From Escherichia phage Haito_Bas83: a DNA stretch of 44,876 nt. The notes below the pieces were generated by a model. The model had not been told where the DNA came from. It worked only from the letters and a program-made list of their open reading frames with translations, and did no database searches. The first letter of the stretch is position 1. Every line of letters begins with the position of its first letter. The stretch lies in sequence record PQ850604.1. One strand, 5' to 3'. Both the position numbers and the translations under genes were made by a program. This document shows, piece after piece, positions 9,190 to 17,551 of the stretch.

Positions 9190-9783
9190 GTGGCTGAGGT
9201 CTACTCGTTCGCCGCTACCATTGCAACATGGGTAGATAAGACGAAGGAGAACAACGACAAGGCGGTGCGGGCGACCGGTATGCAAATACTCGGACGCCTG
9301 ATTGAGATCTCCCCGGTGGGCGACCCCCGCCGGTGGAAGATTAACAAGGCTTATGCGATGGCCCGCCAGCACGCGAACAAGGTGAACGCCGCACAGCGCC
9401 GCAAGAATGGCGGCAAACTGAAGCGCGGGCAGAAGAAGCACGCCAGTGTGCTAGTATCGTTCAAGACTAAAAACGGCAACGTCACGTTCCGCCAGCGTGG
9501 CTGGGCCGCGAAGAATTACACCGGCGGGCGCTTCCGGGGAAACTGGCAGGTGTCTTTCGACCGTCCGGCTGTTGGCGCTGTTGACCGGGTGGACAAGGCC
9601 GGAACGGCAACATTGGCGGCGGGGCGTGACGTGCTGGCGCATTACGATTCTGGCGAATACGGGTCGATCTGGTTTACTAACAATGTGCCATATGCGCAGC
9701 GGCTTGAGTATGGATGGAGTAAACAAGCGCCCGCGGGGATTGTTCGCGTCGTAGCGGCAGAAATCAATTCGAAGGTGAAATAA
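9190..9783 (+). CDS. HK97 gp10-like tail component protein (putative)
   Basis: GTG start after AAGGGG; C-terminal IWFTNNVPYAQRLEYG resembles the gp10-family motif. Confidence 0.45.
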   Translation: MAEVYSFAATIATWVDKTKENNDKAVRATGMQILGRLIEISPVGDPRRWKINKAYAMARQHANKVNAAQRRKNGGKLKRGQKKHASVLVSFKTKNGNVTFRQRGWAAKNYTGGRFRGNWQVSFDRPAVGAVDRVDKAGTATLAAGRDVLAHYDSGEYGSIWFTNNVPYAQRLEYGWSKQAPAGIVRVVAAEINSKVK

Positions 9784-10205
9784 TGAGCAATACTATAATC
9801 CGCAAGGCGCTTAACAGCGTAGTTGAAGAATTATCGGTAAGCCTGAGCACTAACCAGCGCCCGATCAAGGTTAACTGGGAGAACGTGAAGGGCGACCACG
9901 CTATCGGCAATGGCGTGTACCTGGAGCCGTACTTGCTTCCGGCACCGACCCAGTTTGTTGGCATTCAGCAGAAGGGCCGGATCTACGCAGGCGTGTATCA
10001 GGTTGCCGTAGTGTTCCCCGCGGGCACTGGCACACAGTATGCGAGCGAACTGGCGGACGCCATAGCGACGTCAGACAAATGGCAGGGCGTAAAGATTACC
10101 GGCGCTACCTTCCAGCTTCAGGACGCGCCCTACACCAGTTCGGTGATTGAAGATATCGACCGCGCCCGCATCGTGGTATCGGTCCTGTATAACTGTTGCG
10201 CCTGA
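9783..10205 (+). CDS. tail terminator / tail completion protein (putative)
   Basis: 140 aa; ATG overlaps upstream stop (TAATG); immediately upstream of the major tail gene. Confidence 0.4.
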   Translation: MSNTIIRKALNSVVEELSVSLSTNQRPIKVNWENVKGDHAIGNGVYLEPYLLPAPTQFVGIQQKGRIYAGVYQVAVVFPAGTGTQYASELADAIATSDKWQGVKITGATFQLQDAPYTSSVIEDIDRARIVVSVLYNCCA

Positions 10206-10266
10206 TTTGGCGCAATTCTGCGCGTGCTGTATCATTAATCCGTATATCTAAACAGGAGCTTTCATT

Positions 10267-10992
10267 ATGGGTTATCAACTTCCTAACGGGTCTAGCGTCC
10301 AGATTGGGTCCGTACTGGGCGACGGCATCGCTGTTACGGCAGCTACCAACGCCACCGCGTCGATCTCTGACCTCGCTACCGGTTGCGTTATTACCTGCGC
10401 GGAATCTCATGGTCTGGTTGTTGGTGATGTGGTTATGTTCACTAAAACCCCGTGGGTCCGTGCGCTAAACCGCGCGTTTATCGTTGGCGCAGTGTCTACC
10501 AACGATGTGACGCTGGCGCGCTTCGACTCCTCGGACGTCACCAAATATCCTACCGGTGCTTTTGCAGTAGGCACTCCGGGTGAAGTGGTGAAGGTGTCGA
10601 GCTTTATCGACTTCCCGTTTATCACCAACGTTGCCGTGTCGGGTGGCGACCAGCAGACGACTACCTTCCAGCCGTTGCAGGTTAACACCGCGATCAGCCT
10701 GAACACCACGAAAAACCCGTTGGTCCAGACTTACACCTTCACCCACGACGAAGAAGACCCGATCCGCCCAATCCTGGAAGACCTGGACGACACGCAGAAG
10801 ACCACCGTGATCAAGTTCACTAACCCAGCGGCAGCAAGCGGCAAAGGTGAAATTCGTATTTACCCGGCTAAGGTATCTTTCCAGAAGATTCCGTCCGCTG
10901 AAGTAAACAACGTTGAAACGGTACAATCCACTCTGACCATGCAGTCTGATATGGTTATCTACCGTAAGGATCTGGTCGAGGCATTGTCTTGA
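10267..10992 (+). CDS. major tail (tube) protein
   Basis: 241-aa ORF with RBS AGGAGC; directly upstream of the chaperone G/GT pair and tape measure; followed by a terminator. Confidence 0.6.
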   Translation: MGYQLPNGSSVQIGSVLGDGIAVTAATNATASISDLATGCVITCAESHGLVVGDVVMFTKTPWVRALNRAFIVGAVSTNDVTLARFDSSDVTKYPTGAFAVGTPGEVVKVSSFIDFPFITNVAVSGGDQQTTTFQPLQVNTAISLNTTKNPLVQTYTFTHDEEDPIRPILEDLDDTQKTTVIKFTNPAAASGKGEIRIYPAKVSFQKIPSAEVNNVETVQSTLTMQSDMVIYRKDLVEALS

Positions 10993-11022
10993 TTTGGTCG
11001 CTTAAATAGCGAGTGTTAATAT

Positions 11023-11046
11023 GGGGCCAGCACGGCCCCTTTTTTA
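11023..11046 (+). terminator. rho-independent terminator after major tail gene
   Basis: GGGGCC-AGCAC-GGCCCC plus TTTTTT. Confidence 0.6.
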
Positions 11047-11061
11047 TTGGAGAATATTACA

Positions 11062-11424
11062 ATGGCTAAAGCACCACTCTTCACACTTGACCCTAAGCCG
11101 ACCTTTAAGCTGCCGATTGAGATCCCGCGCCCTGGTGAGAACGAGCCGGGCAAGATGACCTTTACCGTCCGCCACCGCCCGATCGACGAGTTTTCGCAGA
11201 CCATGCAGGACACCGAGCGCAAGCTGTCGGAATATGACGACAATGACCCGGACGGCTTTAACGTTATGGTTGAGGCCATCATGCACGTCGCTGAAGGCTG
11301 GAATCTGCCAGACCAATTTAACGCTGAGAACGTCCGCCGCCTGGTAGTCAACTACCCGCGCGCGTTCGGCGTGTTCCACACCTCGTACTATCTCGAATTG
11401 ATGGGATTGCGTGAAAAAAACTAA
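11062..11424 (+). CDS. tail assembly chaperone (G-like)
   Basis: ATG at 11062 with RBS GGAGAA (the track ORF begins at a TTG at 11047); ends at slippery site A_AAA_AAC. Confidence 0.6.
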   Translation: MAKAPLFTLDPKPTFKLPIEIPRPGENEPGKMTFTVRHRPIDEFSQTMQDTERKLSEYDDNDPDGFNVMVEAIMHVAEGWNLPDQFNAENVRRLVVNYPRAFGVFHTSYYLELMGLREKN

Positions 11425-11738
11425 TTGAGGCGGCGCGACGCTTTTATGGCCCGCCGCCACCCTCCGAAGATGTAGCCGCAAGTTTATGGGGCGCGGCCCC
11501 CGAAGATGTTTGTCCGTCTGTTGCGCTATGGCCCGACAACGCGAAGATAGTCGCAGTCTTCACAGATTGCTCTACGCAATGGCGCACCGGATTCGGTGGG
11601 GCATACGGCATCGACTACGGCGTGCTGGAATGGCTATTTAAGATGCACGGCATCGAAAACGAGCAACGTGCATTTAAAGATATCAAGCTAATGGAGCGAA
11701 TCGCGCTTGATGAAATGGCGCAACAAAACCCCGCATAA
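11062..11738 (+). CDS. tail assembly chaperone GT-like fusion via programmed -1 frameshift
   Basis: A_AAA_AAC heptamer at 11415-11421 sits 1 nt before the G stop; the -1 frame stays open for 106 codons to TAA at 11736-11738 and encodes a T-like segment (WLFKMHGIENEQRAFKDIKLMERIAL); conserved lambda-like architecture. Confidence 0.55.
11415..11421 (+). promoter_or_regulatory. -1 ribosomal frameshift slippery heptamer
   Basis: A_AAA_AAC in X_XXY_YYZ form in the zero frame of G. Confidence 0.5.
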
Positions 11739-11740
11739 TG

Positions 11741-11925
11741 AAGCGGGACGGATCGGGACGTCCCGATTTGTCCCGTTTTGTCCCGCCACCTGCAAAACTG
11801 CATACCTACTCACTTTCATTGCATAAACTAAAAGCGGGACGAGCGGGACGTCCCGATCCGTCCCGCCCCTAAATGTGCATACCTATTCAGATTTCGTGCA
11901 TAAAACAAACGGGACAGAAAGCGGG
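11741..11925. repeat. tandem ~95-bp imperfect direct repeat with palindromic CGGGACGTCCCG core
   Basis: Copy 1 at 11741-11830 and copy 2 at 11834-11920 share GCGGGAC..CGGGACGTCCCGAT..GTCCCGCC..TGCATACCTA(C/T)TCA..TGCATAAA. Confidence 0.5.
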
Positions 11926-12065
11926 ACAAACATGGGGCGGGACAAAGCGGGACAGCACCCCGTCCCCGTCAGTGCTGCCGCGGGTTTTAGCCGATCGGGA
12001 CAAGCGGGACAAACCCCAGTCTTTCAGACTAGACGGGGGTCAATGGCCCCCCTCGTCTGAGACTG
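11910..12065. repeat. composite element copy A: GCGGGACA iteron array plus conserved long hairpin
   Basis: Direct CGGGACA/GCGGGACA repeats at 11910, 11921, 11937, 11947, 11995 and 12004, and a hairpin at 12017-12065; near-identical to 39629-39786. Confidence 0.6.
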
Positions 12066-12133
12066 AATAAGGTTTGTTTGAAATTCGCTGATACAATGTC
12101 AATCGGCAACTGCATAAAAAAGGGGACTGCATA

Positions 12134-14779
12134 ATGGCAGATCAAGCAGCAGGCATCACGCTAAAGGCGGATGTTGCACAAATCAGAACGGCGAATACGG
12201 TGCTGGACTCATTCGCGCAGAAGTCCGAGAACACCGAAAACAAGGTTAAGAAATTAAACGACACACTCGGCAACACGAAAAAGGTGACGGGTGACGCCGC
12301 GGGCGGAATGGGGAAGCTGGCAACTGAATCGCAGCGCGCCGCAGATGGCATGACGAAGCAGGAGCGACTTGCCAACCGCTTAGGCATGTCGACTAAAAAC
12401 CTGGGCTTTGCCTCACGTAACGCCGCATTTCAGTTACAGGATATTGCGGTCACGCTAGAGATGGGTATGCCGGTGCACCGCGTCATGATTCAGCAGTTAC
12501 CGCAGTTAACCGGGGCATTCGGAGGACTGGGTAATACGCTGCGTTATGTTGCTGGCTTTCTCGGTCCGGTAGGGATCGGCCTTGCTGCGGTAACGGCGAC
12601 GTTAGGTGTAGGCGTGGCGATTACGTCCCGCGCAGAAAACCAGGTAGCGGCGCTGAATAAGACGCTGGCGCTATCCGGTAATATCTCTGGCCTCACCGCT
12701 AACCAGATCCTGGTGCTGTCGGAGAACGCCGAACGCATGGGCGGGTCATTCAGCAAGACGCGTGACACAATTCAGGCACTGGCGGCAGCAGGTGTGAAAG
12801 CGGGTGCTGACTTCGGCGCACTGGCGAAAGTGGTGAACGACTTCGCGAAGGTGTCTAATCAGCCGATCGCGGACGTGGTGGAGTCCATCTCCAAATTGTC
12901 CAACGACCCGGTGGGCGGATTGCGCGCACTGGCGGACAAGTATCACGTCGTTACCGAGGCGCAGATCCAGCAGGTGCAATCCCTGGTGACGACGGGCCGC
13001 GAAACCGAAGCGGTGGCGTTGGCTAACAAAACAGCCGCGGCGTCGTTCACCAGCATGACCAACGAGATCAAGTCCAACATGGGTACGCTTGAGCGGTCAA
13101 TGAACGTCGTCACATCGGCAGCCAAATCTATGTGGGATGCCATCCTGGATGTGGGCCGCGCGCAGTCCTCGAATGAGTCCGAGATGAAAGCGCGTGAATC
13201 TTTGCAGCGCATGACAACGGCCTACTATGCCGAGATGAAAGCGGTAAACGCTGCCGGTGGGGTAATGACCGAGGCGCAGAAAGCACGAATTAACATGCTT
13301 TATAGCGAACTGGTCGCCCAGGAGAAAGTAGTAGCGTCACTCACCCTGCGCAACCGTGCTGAGCGTGACAACGCAAGCGCCGCGGACAAATCAGCGAAGG
13401 CGAACGAGGAGGCCAACCGCACCGCCCGCGACCGCGCCGCGTTCGAGAAGGAATTTGCCACCAACGCGCAGAAGCGCGCCGACGAGATCGCCCGCCTCAA
13501 TTTGCTGAATAAGCGCGGTGTGATTAACGAGAAAGAACTAGCCGAGGCGGTGAAGCAGGTCAACGAGCGCTACAAAGACCCCGCACCGAAGAAGGCGGCG
13601 GCTATTCGCGTGGATGCTGGTGTCAAAATGCTGGAGGTCGCACGGAGCGAACTGGCGCAGCTTAAGGAGTCCGGCAAGCAGATCGAGGCCAATGCGACAA
13701 CGCAGACCCGCACGCAGCGCGCACAGGCCGCGTTGAATAAGCTGGTGGCGGATAATGAGCAGATGGTCACAGCAAGCAAGGAGCGCACACTAACGGCAGC
13801 AGAAAAGCAGCAGATGGCGGAGTTCGAGGCGGTTAAAGCAGTACGCGAGCAGATCGTCGAAGAAGCCAAGTTGCTGGACGCGAAAGAGAAGCAGATCAAG
13901 GCACACGCCCAGGTCGAGGCATTCATCAAGAACCAGAACGCTGAGCTAAGGGCCACCGCTGCGGGCTATGCGCTTTCCACTCGCGAAGCGGCTAACCTGC
14001 GCGAAGAATTACAGCTAATTGACCGCCTTCAGCGTGTCGGCGCTAACGATACTGATATTGACAACGCGGTGTCTAAGCTGCGCGAAGTGCAGGAAGCACA
14101 GACCGGTGCTAACGCCTCGTTGTGGGATGGCTTCAGCCGCGGGCTTAAGGATAGCGTGGATGAAATGGGTAACGGCTACACGCAGATGACGTCACTCACA
14201 AAATTCACGTTCGGCGCTATGCAGGACACGATGAACAAGTTTTTCGAGACGGGCAAGCTGAGCGCGAAGGATATGGTTAAGTCCATCCTGAGCGAATTAA
14301 TCAAGCTGGCTACCTCGCAGGCGTTCAAATCCATCGTTAGCGCTTTCGGCGGTGACGGCGGCAAAAACGGATTGTTCGGCGCTATCTTCTCGGGCCTCAC
14401 TAAGAACGCAGACGGCGGAGCGTACGCAGGAGGCAATCTAGCGGCCTATTCCGGGCAAGTGGTAAGCCAGCCTACCTTTTTCAGTTATGGCGTTCAGGCG
14501 TTCGCTAAGGGCGCTGGATTGATGGGTGAGGCCGGACCCGAGGCCATCATGCCACTGAAGCGCGGGCCGGACGGGAAACTGGGCGTTGCCGCTGCCGGTG
14601 TTGGAGGGGGTGGGATGATTGTAACGACCAACGTGAACATGGGGACCGGTAAAACGGACACCAGTGTGAGCGGACCGGACCCACGCACCGCGCAGGCGTT
14701 CGGCAAGCAAATCACCGAGTCGGTCAAGGCTGAGATCGTGAAAGCGACGAAACCGGGTGGAGTACTTTACAAACGATGA
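12134..14779 (+). CDS. tail tape measure protein
   Basis: 881-aa helix-rich ORF downstream of G/GT with a Gly-rich C-terminal region; canonical position. Confidence 0.8.
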   Translation: MADQAAGITLKADVAQIRTANTVLDSFAQKSENTENKVKKLNDTLGNTKKVTGDAAGGMGKLATESQRAADGMTKQERLANRLGMSTKNLGFASRNAAFQLQDIAVTLEMGMPVHRVMIQQLPQLTGAFGGLGNTLRYVAGFLGPVGIGLAAVTATLGVGVAITSRAENQVAALNKTLALSGNISGLTANQILVLSENAERMGGSFSKTRDTIQALAAAGVKAGADFGALAKVVNDFAKVSNQPIADVVESISKLSNDPVGGLRALADKYHVVTEAQIQQVQSLVTTGRETEAVALANKTAAASFTSMTNEIKSNMGTLERSMNVVTSAAKSMWDAILDVGRAQSSNESEMKARESLQRMTTAYYAEMKAVNAAGGVMTEAQKARINMLYSELVAQEKVVASLTLRNRAERDNASAADKSAKANEEANRTARDRAAFEKEFATNAQKRADEIARLNLLNKRGVINEKELAEAVKQVNERYKDPAPKKAAAIRVDAGVKMLEVARSELAQLKESGKQIEANATTQTRTQRAQAALNKLVADNEQMVTASKERTLTAAEKQQMAEFEAVKAVREQIVEEAKLLDAKEKQIKAHAQVEAFIKNQNAELRATAAGYALSTREAANLREELQLIDRLQRVGANDTDIDNAVSKLREVQEAQTGANASLWDGFSRGLKDSVDEMGNGYTQMTSLTKFTFGAMQDTMNKFFETGKLSAKDMVKSILSELIKLATSQAFKSIVSAFGGDGGKNGLFGAIFSGLTKNADGGAYAGGNLAAYSGQVVSQPTFFSYGVQAFAKGAGLMGEAGPEAIMPLKRGPDGKLGVAAAGVGGGGMIVTTNVNMGTGKTDTSVSGPDPRTAQAFGKQITESVKAEIVKATKPGGVLYKR

Positions 14780-14786
14780 TAAAATG

Positions 14787-14815
14787 GCCCTCACATACAA
14801 CGTGGGGGCTTTTTT
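14787..14815 (+). terminator. terminator-like hairpin abutting the next start codon
   Basis: GCCCTCAC-ATACAAC-GTGGGGGC plus TTTTTT, immediately followed by ATG 14816; the 3' arm GGGGG doubles as the RBS. Confidence 0.45.
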
Positions 14816-15415
14816 ATGGCGCAAGGTACAATCACACTAACGAACGGAAGTAAGACCGTCACGGGCGCGGGGACGGCGTTCCTGAGCGAGATCGGGAAGG
14901 TCCGCGTATTTGCCCGCATCGACGGCAACGACTACACCGGTAAAATCGCTGCATTCAACTCTGACACCGTCATCACCCTGGTGGATAACTGGGCCGGTCC
15001 GACAAAAGCCGGTGCAGCCTACGAGCTAATCGAAGCGCACGACCCGCGATCAAACGAATGGCCCTATTACTGGCACATGCAATTGCAGGGCGGCGGCGAC
15101 GTGCAATTGGCTTTCCGGTCGGAGGAATTGCAATTCGGTAACGGCTATGGTCAGAACATCGCAGACGGCCCGAACGCCGAGACGAAACAGTTCCCCGTGC
15201 AATTCATCGGACTGACTACGGACAAGTGGTGTGACCCTAAACTGGTGTACAACTTCCTTCGCGGGCACTTCGTCAAGCCGTTTGTCGTCACCGCGCCGGA
15301 TGGCGAAACAGGTTTATTCGTGGTCGAGCGTTCGAGCTTGTCGTACACTGACAACGGACACTACACGGCAACTGTATCAGCCACCCTTAAGACTGCTATT
15401 GGATTCGTAAGATGA
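14816..15415 (+). CDS. minor tail protein (lambda M position; distal tail protein candidate)
   Basis: 199 aa, first gene after the tape measure; N-terminus MAQGTITLTNGSKTVTGAGTAF matches the N-terminus of the side fiber at 22292. Confidence 0.45.
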   Translation: MAQGTITLTNGSKTVTGAGTAFLSEIGKVRVFARIDGNDYTGKIAAFNSDTVITLVDNWAGPTKAGAAYELIEAHDPRSNEWPYYWHMQLQGGGDVQLAFRSEELQFGNGYGQNIADGPNAETKQFPVQFIGLTTDKWCDPKLVYNFLRGHFVKPFVVTAPDGETGLFVVERSSLSYTDNGHYTATVSATLKTAIGFVR

Positions 15416-16200
15416 ATAAACTATATCGCGAGGCGACGCGCTTTGACCCATCGGGCCGCGTTCGCCTGATTCACATTGACGCGCAGGACGTGGAGCCGGG
15501 CGACGGCGCGATCGGCGCGGGCCACCACTATTTTCATTACTGCTTTATTCCGCATACTGCCGAAGATATTGCTGCCGCTGGTGGAGACGAGGACAAGCTG
15601 AAGCCAAAATCTATCTTCTTTGGCGGGCAGGAGTTCGAATTTTGGCCCTTCGATTTGTCCGGCCTCAACTTCTCCACATCAACGGCAGCAGAACCGCAGC
15701 TAACTATCGTCGATATTGGCGGGATTATTACCCGGCTATCGCTGAATCACGACCAGCTACTTGGCGCGAAGGTTGAAATCATAGACACGTTTGCTAAGTT
15801 CCTGGACAACGGGCCAGATCCAGACCCAACGCAAAAACGTGTACAGGAGTTTTACATCGACTCCCAGGTGGGCCGAAATCCGGGCAAACAAATCACCTTC
15901 GCATTATCCTCGCCCGCGGATATGGAGGGGCAAGTAGTCCCGCGCCGCCAAATCATGAACATGTGCGAATGGGCGCTCAATGGGAAGTACGCCAGCGGGG
16001 ACGGGTGCACGTGGAACCTTGCACAGCCAGGCATCAAGTATTATGACGAGCGCGGTAATGAAGTCATCGCGATGGATATGGACCGGTGCGGCGGCTGTTT
16101 GTCCGACTGTTATCTTCGATTTGGACAAGGGCTTGCAGATCCGAAAGCGGCGGTACTGGACTACGGCGGCTTTCCGGGGTCCAGATTAATTAAGGGGTAG
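15412..16200 (+). CDS. minor tail protein L-like
   Basis: 262 aa; C-terminal cysteine cluster CGGCLSDC consistent with the Fe-S site of lambda gpL-family proteins; gene order M-L-K-I-J. Confidence 0.6.
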   Translation: MNKLYREATRFDPSGRVRLIHIDAQDVEPGDGAIGAGHHYFHYCFIPHTAEDIAAAGGDEDKLKPKSIFFGGQEFEFWPFDLSGLNFSTSTAAEPQLTIVDIGGIITRLSLNHDQLLGAKVEIIDTFAKFLDNGPDPDPTQKRVQEFYIDSQVGRNPGKQITFALSSPADMEGQVVPRRQIMNMCEWALNGKYASGDGCTWNLAQPGIKYYDERGNEVIAMDMDRCGGCLSDCYLRFGQGLADPKAAVLDYGGFPGSRLIKG

Positions 16201-16202
16201 TC

Positions 16203-16943
16203 ATGTTAACGAAAAAGGTTAAGAGCGATATCGCCGCACACGTTGCGGCATGTCTGCCTGAAGAAGCGTGCGGCCTGGTCGTCATGGTGGGCCGTAAGCA
16301 AGTATTTATCCCGTGCCTGAACGTGTTCGAAGACCCGACCGGCGCGCGATCGCGTAAGGACGCGTTTACAATTAGTGATATGGCATGGATGGGCGCCGAG
16401 GATATTGGCGACGTCGTGCGCGTAGTCCACTCACATCCAGGTCAGCGGGAGTTAACCCCATCATTGGGCGACGTTAACGGATGCAACGGCAGCGGCATAG
16501 TGTGGACCATTACTAACGAGTACGGCGACTTTATCGAGATCGACCCTGAAGACCCACCACTGGTAGGTCGCCGATTTGTTCTCGGAATTACGGATTGCTA
16601 TGGCCTCGTCATGGACTGGCACAAAAAGCAGGGCGTGAATCTGCCTGACTTCCGCGTGCCGTACAACTGGTGGGAGATGGGCGAAAGCCTGTACATGGAT
16701 AACTGGTATGATGCGGGATTCAGGGAGTGCGCGGAGAATACGCCGGGGGCAATGGTCATCATGCAGATTAGCGCACCAGTGCCAAACCATGCTGGGATCT
16801 TCCTTCCGGGCAACCAACTACTACACCATATCTACGGCAGCCTGTCGAGCGTGGTCCCCTTCCGGGCAGGATTTTTCCGCGACAATGTGGTTAAATGGGT
16901 ACGTCATAAAGACTTACCTGGGGAAATCACAGAATGGCAATGA
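16203..16943 (+). CDS. tail assembly protein K-like (MPN/JAMM + NlpC/P60)
   Basis: HSHPGQRELTPSLGD JAMM-like motif and a downstream Cys/His region (DCYGLV, HAGIF); position before I and J. Confidence 0.65.
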   Translation: MLTKKVKSDIAAHVAACLPEEACGLVVMVGRKQVFIPCLNVFEDPTGARSRKDAFTISDMAWMGAEDIGDVVRVVHSHPGQRELTPSLGDVNGCNGSGIVWTITNEYGDFIEIDPEDPPLVGRRFVLGITDCYGLVMDWHKKQGVNLPDFRVPYNWWEMGESLYMDNWYDAGFRECAENTPGAMVIMQISAPVPNHAGIFLPGNQLLHHIYGSLSSVVPFRAGFFRDNVVKWVRHKDLPGEITEWQ

Positions 16944-17551
16944 CCACATTTAAATTGTACGGCGTCTTAGGACGTCGTTTTGGTAAAGTGCATAAGCTGG
17001 ACTGCTTCACACCTGGCGAGGGTATCACCGGCCTATGCGTGAAGTTGCCAGGCTTACAGGACTTTCTAATGTCGGCCCACCTGGAAAACATGATGTTCAA
17101 GGTGCGCAAGGGTAATCACACAATGACCGGCTACGACGAGTTGGGTGAGTTCCACGGCGACCGCGTAGTTACCATCGCGCCGGTTATGACTGGTGCTAAA
17201 AGCGGACTTGGACAATTGCTGGCTGGCGTAGCTATCGTGGTGGCGTCGTTCTACACTGGCGGGCTTGCCGCTGCCGCTTTCGGGGCTTCCGCTGCGACCG
17301 CCGCCGCTATCGGAACGGCGACGTTTTCGTTCGGTATGTCGCTTGCGCTGGGCGGCGCTATGCAATTGCTGTCACCGCAACCGAAAGGATTGCAGACACG
17401 GCAGGACGTGGATAACAAGGCGTCGTATGCGTTCGGCGGGCCGGTAAACACGACCGCGCAAGGCACAGCACTTGGTGTATTATGGGGAGAGCGTGAGATC
17501 GGCGGCGCTATTATTTCAGCCGGAATTGTAACCGAGGATTTGAACGAATGA
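16934..17551 (+). CDS. tail assembly protein I-like
   Basis: 205 aa with a Gly/Ala-rich hydrophobic segment; overlaps K and J as in lambda. Confidence 0.55.
   Translation: MAMTTFKLYGVLGRRFGKVHKLDCFTPGEGITGLCVKLPGLQDFLMSAHLENMMFKVRKGNHTMTGYDELGEFHGDRVVTIAPVMTGAKSGLGQLLAGVAIVVASFYTGGLAAAAFGASAATAAAIGTATFSFGMSLALGGAMQLLSPQPKGLQTRQDVDNKASYAFGGPVNTTAQGTALGVLWGEREIGGAIISAGIVTEDLNE

Noticed and set aside
11910-12011. Possible CRISPR array, given the repeated GCGGGACA units
   Set aside because: The repeats are only 8 nt with irregular 2-8-nt gaps, occur in both orientations and have no cas genes nearby. They fit iterons or protein-binding sites, not a CRISPR array.
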